Shown: positions 40,679 to 50,879, numbered from the stretch's first letter. The stretch: 64,000 nucleotides of DNA from Minisyncoccota bacterium (GCA_043780835.1 JAYWCB010000011.1:26767-90766); one strand, 5' to 3'. Translations and numbers: made by a program. The notes: generated from the sequence alone by a model not told the origin.

Positions 40679-41441
40679 AGAAAATGGAAAGGTCGGCAAG
40701 CGTAACAGCGCCATCGCGATCGAGATCAAATTTTGAGTTATACGGTGCAATCATTTGAAACGCCATGATGGAAAGATCGACAACGTTGATTTTGCCGTCG
40801 CCATTAAAATCGATTGTCGGGGGCGCCAGGGTTTCATCATTCATATGACCTCCAGACGAGGCAACCGCGCGTGTTGTTTCGGGAATATCAAAGCTCAGCA
40901 CCCGCTTACTGCTCGGCACCTCTGACCCTCGTCCGTCTGCCGCAAAAATTTGAGCGTCTTTAAAAAACAATTCCGCGGTCCCGGATTTTTTTGCTTTGAC
41001 GGTGAGTGTAACGACCGTACCCACACCGCTCAAACCGCCGGGTGCGAGCGTGCCGCCGCTGAAATGCACTTCTCCGATACCTTCCTTAATAGTTGTCTCT
41101 TCGGTCCATAAATCCAGAAATGATTGTTCTTTGCTGATACCAACAACCTCGAGCGTGTCTTCCGGAAATTTTATAGTTGCACCGACCGTATTGACAGGAG
41201 TTTTCGTGTTGATACGCACATCGATGTCTGTTGTTTCTCCAACTTTGAGAGTGGACGAACTATGCGGAGAAAAGTAGAGCACGGTATCGGTACTGACAGA
41301 CGCGGCGCTACCGGCAATGAGTGTCACAATCGAGCCGCCACGATTGATGAGTACGGTAGTCGATGCGATGAGGAGCACGAGAACCGCGACTGCGTGAAAG
41401 AGGCCTATGGTATGTACAAAATCAACGACCCGCCGAAACAT
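40659..41441 (-). CDS. Cohesin-like plus dockerin-like protein with N-terminal TM
   Basis: VNTVGATIKFP...LEVV.ISK..SFL.LW.......G.VHFSGG; DFNGDGKINVVDLS ... DLDRDGAVTLADLS. Confidence 0.8.
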   Translation of the reverse strand: MFRRVVDFVHTIGLFHAVAVLVLLIASTTVLINRGGSIVTLIAGSAASVSTDTVLYFSPHSSSTLKVGETTDIDVRINTKTPVNTVGATIKFPEDTLEVVGISKEQSFLDLWTEETTIKEGIGEVHFSGGTLAPGGLSGVGTVVTLTVKAKKSGTAELFFKDAQIFAADGRGSEVPSSKRVLSFDIPETTRAVASSGGHMNDETLAPPTIDFNGDGKINVVDLSIMAFQMIAPYNSKFDLDRDGAVTLADLSIFFTRMRQ

Positions 41442-41456
41442 ACAAAAAGTCTAACA

Positions 41457-42233
41457 TTATTCCGTATTGGTCGGGGTAGCAAATACTTCAGGTGTGTTTA
41501 CACGCAAAATTGTGCTCGTTGCAACATAGCCGTCACTTAAAAAATGGATCATGCGAATGTGGGCGCCCTCATCCACCCACACATCCACAGTCCCTGTAGA
41601 GATAATGCCGATCAGTGCCTTTAAAGGGCCGGTCGCTTTCGTGGTCGACTTTTTCGAAATCGTGAACGTATATACCGAGTACGTGGTGCTTGCGATTGTA
41701 TGAAGTGTCGATTTTCCGATAAGCGACAGATACGATCCGTTTTGGCCTAAAAGCGCGAGGTTGTCGAGAATTGGACCGGGAACCGCAATATCAACAAATC
41801 GCTCAGGTATTGCCTCTGCTTTGAAATGTCTCCATTTCGCACCGTAGGGGATCGTTTTACGTAAGAGAGCGCTCGTTGTTTGGATTTTCACGTATACGTC
41901 GTCATTGAGTGAGAGGTGTTCGAGCGTAAAGACATGCGTGTTCTTTGGCGGTCGCATATCGAGCAGGGTGAGCGTTGTGGTGGCGATCGATCCGTAGCGA
42001 TGCGCATCAAAATCGAGTCTATAGAGCCCAGAAATGTCGATTGTACGTTGCTCCATCTCGGCATGCGTATCATCCTGCATTTCGTACGAATGAAGTCCTT
42101 GCACCTCATTGAGAGCCGTTTGGAGGCGTTCATCATAGGCGGGTGCGATCGCGTGGCGATACAGCAGAAATGCGCCCGCAACGATCGTAAGCGCGGTAAT
42201 CGGTATCAATACCGTGAGGAGTCGATTTTTCAT
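41457..42233 (-). CDS. N-terminally anchored hypothetical protein (possible LolA/LppX-like beta fold)
   Basis: TM near N-terminus; DVYVK...W; VDVWVD...IR.I pattern. Confidence 0.6.
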   Translation of the reverse strand: MKNRLLTVLIPITALTIVAGAFLLYRHAIAPAYDERLQTALNEVQGLHSYEMQDDTHAEMEQRTIDISGLYRLDFDAHRYGSIATTTLTLLDMRPPKNTHVFTLEHLSLNDDVYVKIQTTSALLRKTIPYGAKWRHFKAEAIPERFVDIAVPGPILDNLALLGQNGSYLSLIGKSTLHTIASTTYSVYTFTISKKSTTKATGPLKALIGIISTGTVDVWVDEGAHIRMIHFLSDGYVATSTILRVNTPEVFATPTNTE

Positions 42234-42405
42234 GAGCAATGCATATTCAGTGTATAGGTGATCTGCGCCCCCACAAGTAAAAAATGTGCTCAAGAGTGCA
42301 AAGGGATTCGTGCACTCATTTGATTGATACCCAAAAACTCACGAAAGTTGTCCACACCGAAAAATAGGCTAAAAACCTAGGGATTATACAATTGCTCTAT
42401 GAGAT

Positions 42406-42459
42406 CTCGACCCCCGAGATTGCATAAATAAGCCAAACTCGACCCTCGAGATTTGCATA
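42406..42459 (+). promoter_or_regulatory. Two tandem palindromic operator-like sites CTCG-N5-CGAGAT(T)TGCATA
   Basis: Copies at 42406 and 42438, between TACAAT (42387-42392) and the HTH gene ATG. Confidence 0.6.
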
Positions 42460-42845
42460 TGATGAACAAAAAAGACGAATACATATCTCTTCGCGAAGCG
42501 GCAGCGATTGCTGGGTATACACCGGACTATGTCGGGCAACTCATTCGCAGCGGCAAAATTCCAGGAAAGCAGGTGTTTGCGAACGTTGCATGGATGACTA
42601 CCGAGGAAGCCGTGCGGAGCTACGCGGGGCAAAAGAAAGGAAAAAACTCCGGAAAAGATGTGATTGCCCCCACAATATTCGAAACCCTCCAGCGTGAGAT
42701 CGACTCGCCTCGAATCGTAAAGCGTCTTTCGATTGCGCTCATCGTGATGAGTGTCGCATTTATGCTCTTGCTCTTCTATATCTTTTCAACGTCGCTCGAC
42801 CAGCGACTCAATCAGCGCGCGATACAGCGGCTCGAGCAAACATAA
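42459..42845 (+). CDS. Excisionase-like HTH (HTH_17/MerR-type) protein with C-terminal TM
   Basis: YISLREAA...GY..DYVGQLIR.GKIP.KQV...W; TM IALIVMSVAFMLLLFYIF. Confidence 0.8.
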   Translation: MMNKKDEYISLREAAAIAGYTPDYVGQLIRSGKIPGKQVFANVAWMTTEEAVRSYAGQKKGKNSGKDVIAPTIFETLQREIDSPRIVKRLSIALIVMSVAFMLLLFYIFSTSLDQRLNQRAIQRLEQT

Positions 42846-42849
42846 AATC

Positions 42850-45800
42850 ATGAACACACACAGTCAATCATGGGTACGCATGATTCGGGAGACAACGCGA
42901 CTGGCCGCGATTCTTTCATGTACGGTATTTGTGCTCGGATCGTTTGCTCCGGTGGCGCTCGCTGCAACCGGTGTACCACGAATCATGAACTACCAGGGAC
43001 GTCTCATGAATGCGGGTGGATCATTGCTTGGTGGTGCAGGAACTGATTACTGCGTACGTTTTTCACTGTATGACAATGCGTCGGTTGGATCAGGGGCAAA
43101 ATTGTGGCCGTCAACCGCACCGTCAACCATGACTGTTGTTGTAAAAAACGGCGTGTTCAACGCGGGCGTCGGTGATACCAATGCCGGCGGCGACACGCTC
43201 AACTTTAATTTTGAAGACACCGATACCGCATATCTCAATGTGGAGGTTGCAACAAAAGTTGGTCCGACCTGTGCTCCGGGCGATGGTGTAGAAGTTTTTG
43301 AAAACCTTTCGCCGCGACAGCGCGTAACCGCCTCGGGATATGCAATTAATTCCGCCACCCTCAACGGAAAGAGCGGGAGTTACTATCTCGCAAATTCCTA
43401 TGCAACCACGAGCGCCGCATACAACCTCAACACGTACGACAAAGGATATTTCTTTTCCACCACGTCGGTTACCTATTGGGACACCACACAGTTTCGTTGG
43501 GCAACAACGAGTTCTGATGCATGGTTTGCAACGAAAACAACAGACGGCCTAACCCAAGGTTCAACAAATCTTTATTACTCGAACAATCTCGTCAACGGTT
43601 TCATTGCAGGATCTTCTACTATCCCAAAGTCTTATACAAACAATGCATATACCGGTACGAACTCGTTTACCGGTGATGTAACACTCGCAAATGCGACGAC
43701 TTCTAATTTCAATATCACGAACACGATCTCCGGAGCCGGACTCATATCGTGCTCGAGTTCGACAGATAAAGTGATATGGAATGCAAGCACTCGTCAGTTT
43801 GGCTGCGGGGCAGACGCAGGTGCGGGCGGCGGAATTACCGCACTCGGTGCGCAGTATTCGGTATTCCAAACGGGCGCATCGCAAACATTTGCAACCTCAT
43901 CTGACACCAATATCGGAATCACCATAACCTCATCGGGAGACACGCACACGTTTGCGCCAAAGTGGTTCGGATCACTTGCTGCCGGTCGCGGCGGTACCGG
44001 TATTACATCGATTTCTCAAAACGGGATATTGATCGGCGGAGCAGGTAACACGTGGGGACAAGTCGCAACATCATCGCTTGGGCTACCCACCTATGGTGAT
44101 CTCGGGGCATACCTAGGTCTCGCTGCGTGGTATGCAACGACGACTGACGCACTTGCCGAAGGCTCAAACAATAAATACTTTACGACCAACCGTGTTGCCG
44201 GCGTGCTCGCAGGAACCACCACTGATGCAATTGCTGAAGGTGCAACAAACAAGTACTATACGGACCCACGCGTGCAAACCTACCTCAATGGTGTGTCAAA
44301 AGGGTTTTTCTTCTCCACCACATCGACCGATTTCTGGAAAACCCAAAACAATTTCTTCTCGACCACGTCCGCGTCGCACTTTTCTTCGCTTGGCCTCGCG
44401 TTTTCGACAACCTCAAGTGCATTCTTCCTGTCGCAAAATCAGGGCGCTGCGTTTTCTACCACATCTACCGACTACTATGTGGGAGCGACAACATCGATTC
44501 CTAAAACATACACAAACAATACCTATAGCGGCACCAATTCATTCCAAAATGTTTCCGCAACGGGTGCAACGACCACATCGTCGTACACGGCAACTGCAAG
44601 TTCTACGAATCTCTTCTCGAATCTCGCAACGATCGGATCGCTGATTTCCGGCGCAATTACCGGCAACACACTGACTGCAACCAACGCGACCACCACGGTA
44701 CTCTCTGCAGGCACCGCATCGACTTCGAATCTCACGATCTCGAACATTCAGAACTCGATGCTATACACCGGCCCGGGTGGCGTTGTAACTGCGGCTAGTA
44801 TTTCAGGCCCGCTTTCATTTAGCGCAGGTGCGCTTTCAATTTCGCAGGCAAACGCGTCAACAAATGGATACCTTTCATCCGGTGATTGGAATGCGTTCAA
44901 TAGCCGACTCTCCACGTCTTCGTTGGGGACGATCGACAAGGGTTATTTCTTCTCCACAACCTCAACCGACTTCTGGAAAACGCAGAATAATTTCTTCTCC
45001 ACCACGTCCGCGTCGCATTTTTCTTCGCTTGGCCTCGCGTTCTCCACAACCTCTAGCGCATTCTTCCTGTCGCAAAATCAGGGCGCCGCGTTTTCTACGA
45101 CATCCGCGTCGCACTTTGCGTCTGTCGGTCTCGCACACTCAACGACATCAGATGCGTATTTCCTTTCACAAAATCAGGGGAGCGCGTACTCGACCACATC
45201 AGAGAACTACTATCAGCACTCGTCATCAACTGTTGCAACAACCTATAAAAGTAATACGTTCACCGGTACGAACGGTTTCCAGAATATTTCGGCAACGGGT
45301 GCAACAACCACATCGCTTTCAACCGGAATCGCTTCCACGACAAACCTCACGATCTCCGCGTTGCAAAATTCGATGCTCTACACGGGACCGGGCGGCATCG
45401 TGTCGGCTGCGAGTATCACAGGGCCGCTTTTGTTTAGCGCCGGCACGCTTTCGATGCAGCAATCAGGCGGCACGCTGAGCGGGTATCTGTCTTCGTCGGA
45501 TTGGAACTCGTTCAACAGTCGACTCTCTACCTCGACACTCGGGCTTATTGATAAAGGATTCTTTTATTCAACGACATCTGAAGATGCATACATTGGTGCA
45601 ACCACATCAATACCGAAAACATATACCGCAAACACATTTATTGCACTGAACAGCTTTGCAAACATAACCGCAACCGGTGCTACAACCACGTCGCTCTTTT
45701 CCACGACCGCATCGTCCACAAATATATTCGCAAACGCGGCTCGCTTCGGTTCGCTCGGCGCGTTCTCGCTCGTCGGATCAGTCGCAGCTGCAGCGAACAG

Positions 45801-47694
45801 TATTACGGGGATCAGCATCGCATCGACGACTGACTTATGGATTTCAAATATTCGTGACGGATTACTTGCGACAAACGCACAGGGGAATGTGGTCGCCTCA
45901 TCCACACCGACCGCAGCGAGCTTCAATGCAACAAGCAATACGGTCGCATCACAACTCCCATATGCATCCACCACCGCAGTCTCCGTATTGCAGCAACTTT
46001 CAATCGGTGCCGCCAACGGAACGATCTTTCAGGGTGCTGTTGCCGGCACGTCGACCGTTGCAGGAGTCATCAACGTAACGGGCACGAACTCCACTTCAAC
46101 ATTTTCGGGTGGAGTAGCGGCAACCCGTTTGAATCTCACGTCGGGTACGTCAACCGCTGCGAACGGATTTAGTATCGCAAACGGCTGCTATTCTATTAAC
46201 GGTGTATGCGAACTGTCTTCAGTAACTGCGGCAAACTCGACGATCACGGTCACTCCGGGTAATGGCACAGCTGCTATTTCGCTGAATCTTGCAAACCCGA
46301 ATGTGTGGTCTGGTCTACAGCAATTTGGTAATGCAACAACAAGCCTACTCGAAGCCACGCAGTTCTATGCACGAACCATCCAATCCACATCTACGAATGC
46401 ACTCATCCTTAAATCAAACTTTTCTTCAACGGCGGGCCTCACCTTCGGTAGTACATCAACTCCGCAGGTGCTCGGTATCGATACGATCAATAATCGCGTA
46501 ACACTCGGCACAGGTGGTGCGAATCCGAGCCTCCTTGTGTTCGATACAAAAAACACGTTGGGTGATCCCGTTGGGGTCGCGGGTGCGGAATACTACAATA
46601 GTAATAGTGGTGCTTTTCGCTGCTTTGCATCAAGTTGGGTGACCTGTGGGGGACAGGCCGCCAGCTCAACCGGCGATGTACAGTTCAGAAATGTTGACGG
46701 CTCATTCACAGCCACGTCCAACTTCAACTGGTCGCTCGCAAGTAATAGCCTTTCAATTAAAGGTGTTGCCGGGCAAACGGCCGGTATTTTCACTATTGCC
46801 TCGTCGACCGGCGTTGCGTTATTCGGTGTAAGTGCAAACGGAGTTCTGGAATTCGCGACGACCACGGATCCTGCAACGCCGTCCCTTGGTTTGGATGTCT
46901 ACGCAAAAACAATTGCGACCCGTGCCTTCATTGCCACAAAGGATCAAAACGGTCTTGTCGGATCGCTGCAACCGCTCATGGCCCGTAACAAAGTCGGTTT
47001 CTGGAATCCGGCGGGCAATAGCGTAAGCGCTCCGGGCGTCTTTGGATTTCCGGCATTTACGACAACGGGCACGGTAACGGCGCGCAGCGTTGCTACTACG
47101 AACCTCGCGAACCGGCTTCGGCGTATCGGTTATGTGAGCACTGCCGTTGCGGGTAACTTTGCAGAAACGCGCGTAGCTGTCGCGCAATATTCAATCGGCA
47201 CGGGCACCGGAGTCGGCGGCTTTACAATGATTGCGCGATTCGTCCCGTCAGATGCTGCCGCGGTGGCGGGTGAACGATTTTTTCTCGGTCTCACGTCTAC
47301 AACGATCGCTGCGACCAACGTTGAACCCACGACGCTCACGAATTCTATCGGCATTGCGCAAATCAGTACGTCTACGAACTTGTTCCTGGTGTACGGAGGA
47401 AGTGTTCCTCAAACACCGATTGATCTTGGTGCGAACTTTCCGGCCGCAGGTCTATCGACTGACGCGTACGAGCTCAGTCTGTTTTCAAGTCCCAATGCCT
47501 CCACGACAATCGGATACGAAGTGACGCGTATCAATACCGGTGACACGGTTTCCGGAACGCTCACGGGTGCAGGCGGGACGGCGATTCCACTTTCGACAAC
47601 ACTCCTTACCTTTAAAGCGTGGAAAACCAACAATGCGACGGCTGCAGCAGCGGCGTTCGACCTCTCATCTATTTACTTAGAAACCGATAATTAA
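42850..47694 (+). CDS. Secreted 1,614-aa S/T-rich tail-fibre-like adhesin
   Basis: Signal peptide; P...NYQGRL...FSLYD...NGVF N-terminal domain; TTD.L.EG..N.Y and GYLSS.DW..FN repeats; FSTTS repeats. Confidence 0.8.
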   Translation: MNTHSQSWVRMIRETTRLAAILSCTVFVLGSFAPVALAATGVPRIMNYQGRLMNAGGSLLGGAGTDYCVRFSLYDNASVGSGAKLWPSTAPSTMTVVVKNGVFNAGVGDTNAGGDTLNFNFEDTDTAYLNVEVATKVGPTCAPGDGVEVFENLSPRQRVTASGYAINSATLNGKSGSYYLANSYATTSAAYNLNTYDKGYFFSTTSVTYWDTTQFRWATTSSDAWFATKTTDGLTQGSTNLYYSNNLVNGFIAGSSTIPKSYTNNAYTGTNSFTGDVTLANATTSNFNITNTISGAGLISCSSSTDKVIWNASTRQFGCGADAGAGGGITALGAQYSVFQTGASQTFATSSDTNIGITITSSGDTHTFAPKWFGSLAAGRGGTGITSISQNGILIGGAGNTWGQVATSSLGLPTYGDLGAYLGLAAWYATTTDALAEGSNNKYFTTNRVAGVLAGTTTDAIAEGATNKYYTDPRVQTYLNGVSKGFFFSTTSTDFWKTQNNFFSTTSASHFSSLGLAFSTTSSAFFLSQNQGAAFSTTSTDYYVGATTSIPKTYTNNTYSGTNSFQNVSATGATTTSSYTATASSTNLFSNLATIGSLISGAITGNTLTATNATTTVLSAGTASTSNLTISNIQNSMLYTGPGGVVTAASISGPLSFSAGALSISQANASTNGYLSSGDWNAFNSRLSTSSLGTIDKGYFFSTTSTDFWKTQNNFFSTTSASHFSSLGLAFSTTSSAFFLSQNQGAAFSTTSASHFASVGLAHSTTSDAYFLSQNQGSAYSTTSENYYQHSSSTVATTYKSNTFTGTNGFQNISATGATTTSLSTGIASTTNLTISALQNSMLYTGPGGIVSAASITGPLLFSAGTLSMQQSGGTLSGYLSSSDWNSFNSRLSTSTLGLIDKGFFYSTTSEDAYIGATTSIPKTYTANTFIALNSFANITATGATTTSLFSTTASSTNIFANAARFGSLGAFSLVGSVAAAANSITGISIASTTDLWISNIRDGLLATNAQGNVVASSTPTAASFNATSNTVASQLPYASTTAVSVLQQLSIGAANGTIFQGAVAGTSTVAGVINVTGTNSTSTFSGGVAATRLNLTSGTSTAANGFSIANGCYSINGVCELSSVTAANSTITVTPGNGTAAISLNLANPNVWSGLQQFGNATTSLLEATQFYARTIQSTSTNALILKSNFSSTAGLTFGSTSTPQVLGIDTINNRVTLGTGGANPSLLVFDTKNTLGDPVGVAGAEYYNSNSGAFRCFASSWVTCGGQAASSTGDVQFRNVDGSFTATSNFNWSLASNSLSIKGVAGQTAGIFTIASSTGVALFGVSANGVLEFATTTDPATPSLGLDVYAKTIATRAFIATKDQNGLVGSLQPLMARNKVGFWNPAGNSVSAPGVFGFPAFTTTGTVTARSVATTNLANRLRRIGYVSTAVAGNFAETRVAVAQYSIGTGTGVGGFTMIARFVPSDAAAVAGERFFLGLTSTTIAATNVEPTTLTNSIGIAQISTSTNLFLVYGGSVPQTPIDLGANFPAAGLSTDAYELSLFSSPNASTTIGYEVTRINTGDTVSGTLTGAGGTAIPLSTTLLTFKAWKTNNATAAAAAFDLSSIYLETDN

Positions 47695-47701
47695 TCGTCG
47701 T

Positions 47702-48601
47702 ATGAAAAAAATATATAACACACCGGTCTTTCTCCTCCTCGTATCGATGGTTTTTGCACCGATTGCGTCGGCCCAAACAATGCAGGAAACATCTGACAAT
47801 GCGTCGCGCATTACACAAAGCAGCACATCGTCACCGACTACCGATGAAATGAAAGTCGTGGCACTGACGAGTGGGACCGACTCGTCTCAGGAGGGTACAA
47901 CAACCGTGTCAGTCTCGATTGCCGGCGTACAAGACGCAACAACATCGCAGCAGACCGCAGCAGCATCTGCCTTAGAGACAACCGCAGACCCTCAGGCAAC
48001 ATCTACCCAGGAAAGTCAGACGATCGTAGACGTACATATTGCGACGACTGACGCGTCAACGAGTATCATCGTAATTGAGCGTGAACCGAGTGCGCAGTCC
48101 GAGGTCGTCGCGAGCATTGACCCACCGACGCTCAATCTTGTAGCAGCGGCCCTTCCAAGGGAAGATGTGCATGATACAGCGTCGTCTACCGAATTCGCAG
48201 TCGACATTGATCCGTCGTACGTGTTTGAACTTTCGGGTAAAAAAATTGCGACGAAACGAACTGATCCGAAACATGGTAATGCTGTAGAAGTGCTCACGGC
48301 TCAGACTGAGGCAATGGTTGATAGCGTCTCAGGCTTAGTGAAAATTTCCGGGGTATGCACGGGCACATATTACGTGGTGCTCTTATTCAAGAATCAGACC
48401 GACTACGAAACTGACCCGCGATCGTTCATAGTCAATCGGGCCTATCCGTGTGAACACGGTGCATACTCCTATTCAATCGACAGGCTTCCGGCTACGCTAC
48501 CGAACGGTACGTACTACCTAATGGTTGGGGATCAGAGCGAAAACGGACCGTGGACGCCGGCAACCGGCCTCACGGAAGTCTCTATTAATAGAAGCAATTA
48601 G
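47702..48601 (+). CDS. Secreted protein with S/T-rich linker and C-terminal beta domain
   Basis: Signal peptide MKKIYNTPVFLLLVSMVFAPIASA; Cys pair; GTYYL. Confidence 0.75.
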   Translation: MKKIYNTPVFLLLVSMVFAPIASAQTMQETSDNASRITQSSTSSPTTDEMKVVALTSGTDSSQEGTTTVSVSIAGVQDATTSQQTAAASALETTADPQATSTQESQTIVDVHIATTDASTSIIVIEREPSAQSEVVASIDPPTLNLVAAALPREDVHDTASSTEFAVDIDPSYVFELSGKKIATKRTDPKHGNAVEVLTAQTEAMVDSVSGLVKISGVCTGTYYVVLLFKNQTDYETDPRSFIVNRAYPCEHGAYSYSIDRLPATLPNGTYYLMVGDQSENGPWTPATGLTEVSINRSN

Positions 48602-48608
48602 GACCGCT

Positions 48609-49013
48609 ATGACGCACACCATCATCAAAAGTCTTGTGAAAGGAATCATATACGCGCTAATCGCCGTATGTGCCGTATGGTTCGTGACGACGCATACGAG
48701 CATCGCCGGCGGCGCGACCGATTCGTTTCCGACAGTCCCATCCGCAAAATGGCAGGCTGTATTTCTAACAGGCGGACAAGTGTATTTCGGAAAACTCTCC
48801 GACGTGGGGCATGGCTACGTGTCACTGAGTGATGTCTACTACCTCAAATCGGTGAGCGAGCTTGAGCAGAAAAATTTGAATCTCGTAAAACTCGGCGGCG
48901 AACTGCATGGTCCGGAGGACACGATCTTTATCCGTAAGGAAAGCATTTCGTTTTGGGAAAACATGAAAGACACCTCGCGCGTCGTGCAATCGATCGCGGG
49001 CTCCAAACAATAA
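48609..49013 (+). CDS. Membrane-anchored hypothetical protein
   Basis: TM, then WQAVFL..GQVYFGKL......L.DVYYL...LVKLG.ELHGPED motif. Confidence 0.78.
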   Translation: MTHTIIKSLVKGIIYALIAVCAVWFVTTHTSIAGGATDSFPTVPSAKWQAVFLTGGQVYFGKLSDVGHGYVSLSDVYYLKSVSELEQKNLNLVKLGGELHGPEDTIFIRKESISFWENMKDTSRVVQSIAGSKQ

Positions 49014-49015
49014 AC

Positions 49016-49486
49016 ATGACCATTGACCTGCGCAAAGCGAATCATCAAGCAGCGCAGCACGCAGTACGTGTGCCTGATGCACCGCGCGCGCAGGTGGAGG
49101 CGCATATTCCACGCACGCGCGTTGCACCCAGGCGCGCGCAAGAGCGTGCGGTAATGGCAATTGCTGCAGGAGCGGCACTCATCATCGTACTAATTCTATT
49201 GGTTTTCGGCGTCACAAAGGTGTGGGATCGTTTTTTTGGCGGCACTGATGCAGAAGTCCGCTCGCTCGTCTCGAGCGTTGGTCATCACATGCTTTTGCCC
49301 ACAGACGAAACACCCACGCTCGCAACTGTAAGCGACATGCACGCCCTCGAGGGTCAGGAATTCTTCAAAAACGCAAAAGAAGGCGACAAGGTGCTTATGT
49401 ATCTGCGCACACATCGCGCGATCATTTACCGCCCGTCTATTGATCGCATCATCGAAGTCGGCCCCATAACGGGCAAGGCACAATAA
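49016..49486 (+). CDS. Membrane-anchored hypothetical protein
   Basis: TM, then LP.DETPT.ATV.D...FFKNAK.GDKVL.Y....AIIYRP. Confidence 0.78.
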   Translation: MTIDLRKANHQAAQHAVRVPDAPRAQVEAHIPRTRVAPRRAQERAVMAIAAGAALIIVLILLVFGVTKVWDRFFGGTDAEVRSLVSSVGHHMLLPTDETPTLATVSDMHALEGQEFFKNAKEGDKVLMYLRTHRAIIYRPSIDRIIEVGPITGKAQ

Positions 49487-49488
49487 CT

Positions 49489-50826
49489 ATGCACATCTCG
49501 CAGAACATAAAACGAATCGTGCTTGGCGCATGTAGTGCGCTCATGATCGTTTCTATTTCCGCATCGTATGTATTTGCGCAGGAGCTCACGAGTTCGAGTT
49601 TTAGCCTCAACAACAACGGTTTTACCGCATGGGGCGGGTATTCTACAACGAGCAATTTTTCTTCGTTTGGCAGCGAGGCGCAGCCGGGCAGCGGGGAATC
49701 ATCGAGTGCGAGTTTCTCGCTTGCGAGCGGGTATCTCTATCCAGTCGATACCAGCCCGCTCGCGACGCAGAATTGGAAATGGTTTGATGATTCAACGAAT
49801 TTCACACCGACGATTGCGCTCGCCGGCGAAAACGTGTCACCGTCAAATGTTGGATTCGATGATCCCTTGAAGCTTCGCATTACGGTGAAGGATATTGGCG
49901 GGTCCGGTGTAACAGGACTCAAGCTTCGCTTGCAATACGCAACGTCGTCCGACTTTTCCGCCGGCGCAATCTTTGTTGCTGAGCAGGGGCAGTGTAATTT
50001 GACAATCTGGTGCTACGCGGATGGCGCTGGAGTTGATAATACTGTCATTAGCGATACTGTTTTGTCTGATCCCGATGCGTGTTCCGGAGGATTGGGTACC
50101 GGATGCGGCACCTACAATGAATCCGGCACCACCACATCAACTTTTTATCACTCCCCGGGAAAAAAGACCGAATACGAGTTCACGTTGAAACAAATTCTGG
50201 GCGTTCAGAGTACGGTGTATTTCTTTCGTCTGGTAGACGCGAGCACCGGTATTCCCGTGCCGCTCAACACGGGGGCCACGTATCCGAGTCTGATGATTAA
50301 CGGTGCGTCGTTAACATTTTCTATTGGCGGACTGACTTCCGGCACCTCAACCGAAGGCGTGACGACTGACATTGCAACGTCGCCCACGACTATTAGTTTT
50401 GGAACGTTGCTTCTCAACACACCAAGAATCGCCGCGCATCGATTGACGGTGACGACAAACGCAACGTCGGGGTACAAAATTTATACCTATCAGCGACAAG
50501 GGCTTTTGAACCAAAGCGCGCGAGAGCTTCCACCCGTAAATACCACTAATAGCGCGCCGTCCGGCTGGGCGTCTGCGTGCACGTCGACCTCGACCGGATG
50601 CTACGGTTATCACTCCGGTCAGGACGTGCTAGAAGGAGGCTCAACGCGCTTTGCAGCGGATGACAGCTATGCGCAATTTACGTCGTCGCCCGACGAAGTC
50701 GCGTTTAGTGCAGGTCCCGCAACAAATGCAATGACCGACATGGTCTATAAAATTGAAGCGAAAGATTTACAAGACTCTGGCGTGTACGAAAGCACGATTG
50801 TCTATATCGCAACCCCCGTTTTCTAA
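49489..50826 (+). CDS. Secreted protein with a giant-protein-shared module and WxL-like C-terminal domain (candidate tip/minor subunit B)
   Basis: FGTL...LTVTTNA..GY...YGY.S...YKIE...LQ.SG.Y...YIATPVF, paralogous to the 53804 protein. Confidence 0.78.
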   Translation: MHISQNIKRIVLGACSALMIVSISASYVFAQELTSSSFSLNNNGFTAWGGYSTTSNFSSFGSEAQPGSGESSSASFSLASGYLYPVDTSPLATQNWKWFDDSTNFTPTIALAGENVSPSNVGFDDPLKLRITVKDIGGSGVTGLKLRLQYATSSDFSAGAIFVAEQGQCNLTIWCYADGAGVDNTVISDTVLSDPDACSGGLGTGCGTYNESGTTTSTFYHSPGKKTEYEFTLKQILGVQSTVYFFRLVDASTGIPVPLNTGATYPSLMINGASLTFSIGGLTSGTSTEGVTTDIATSPTTISFGTLLLNTPRIAAHRLTVTTNATSGYKIYTYQRQGLLNQSARELPPVNTTNSAPSGWASACTSTSTGCYGYHSGQDVLEGGSTRFAADDSYAQFTSSPDEVAFSAGPATNAMTDMVYKIEAKDLQDSGVYESTIVYIATPVF

Positions 50827-50879
50827 ACTGTGCATAAAAATACAATACTTTTCTTGCTATGCTTGCGATATTCGTCTCT

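Noticed and set aside
37588-41441. Cellulosome
   Set aside because: No recognisable carbohydrate-active enzymes or multi-cohesin scaffoldin
42459-47694. Prophage (excisionase-like HTH plus tail-fibre-like gene)
   Set aside because: No integrase, capsid, terminase or lysis genes; the fibre has a signal peptide and the HTH has a TM
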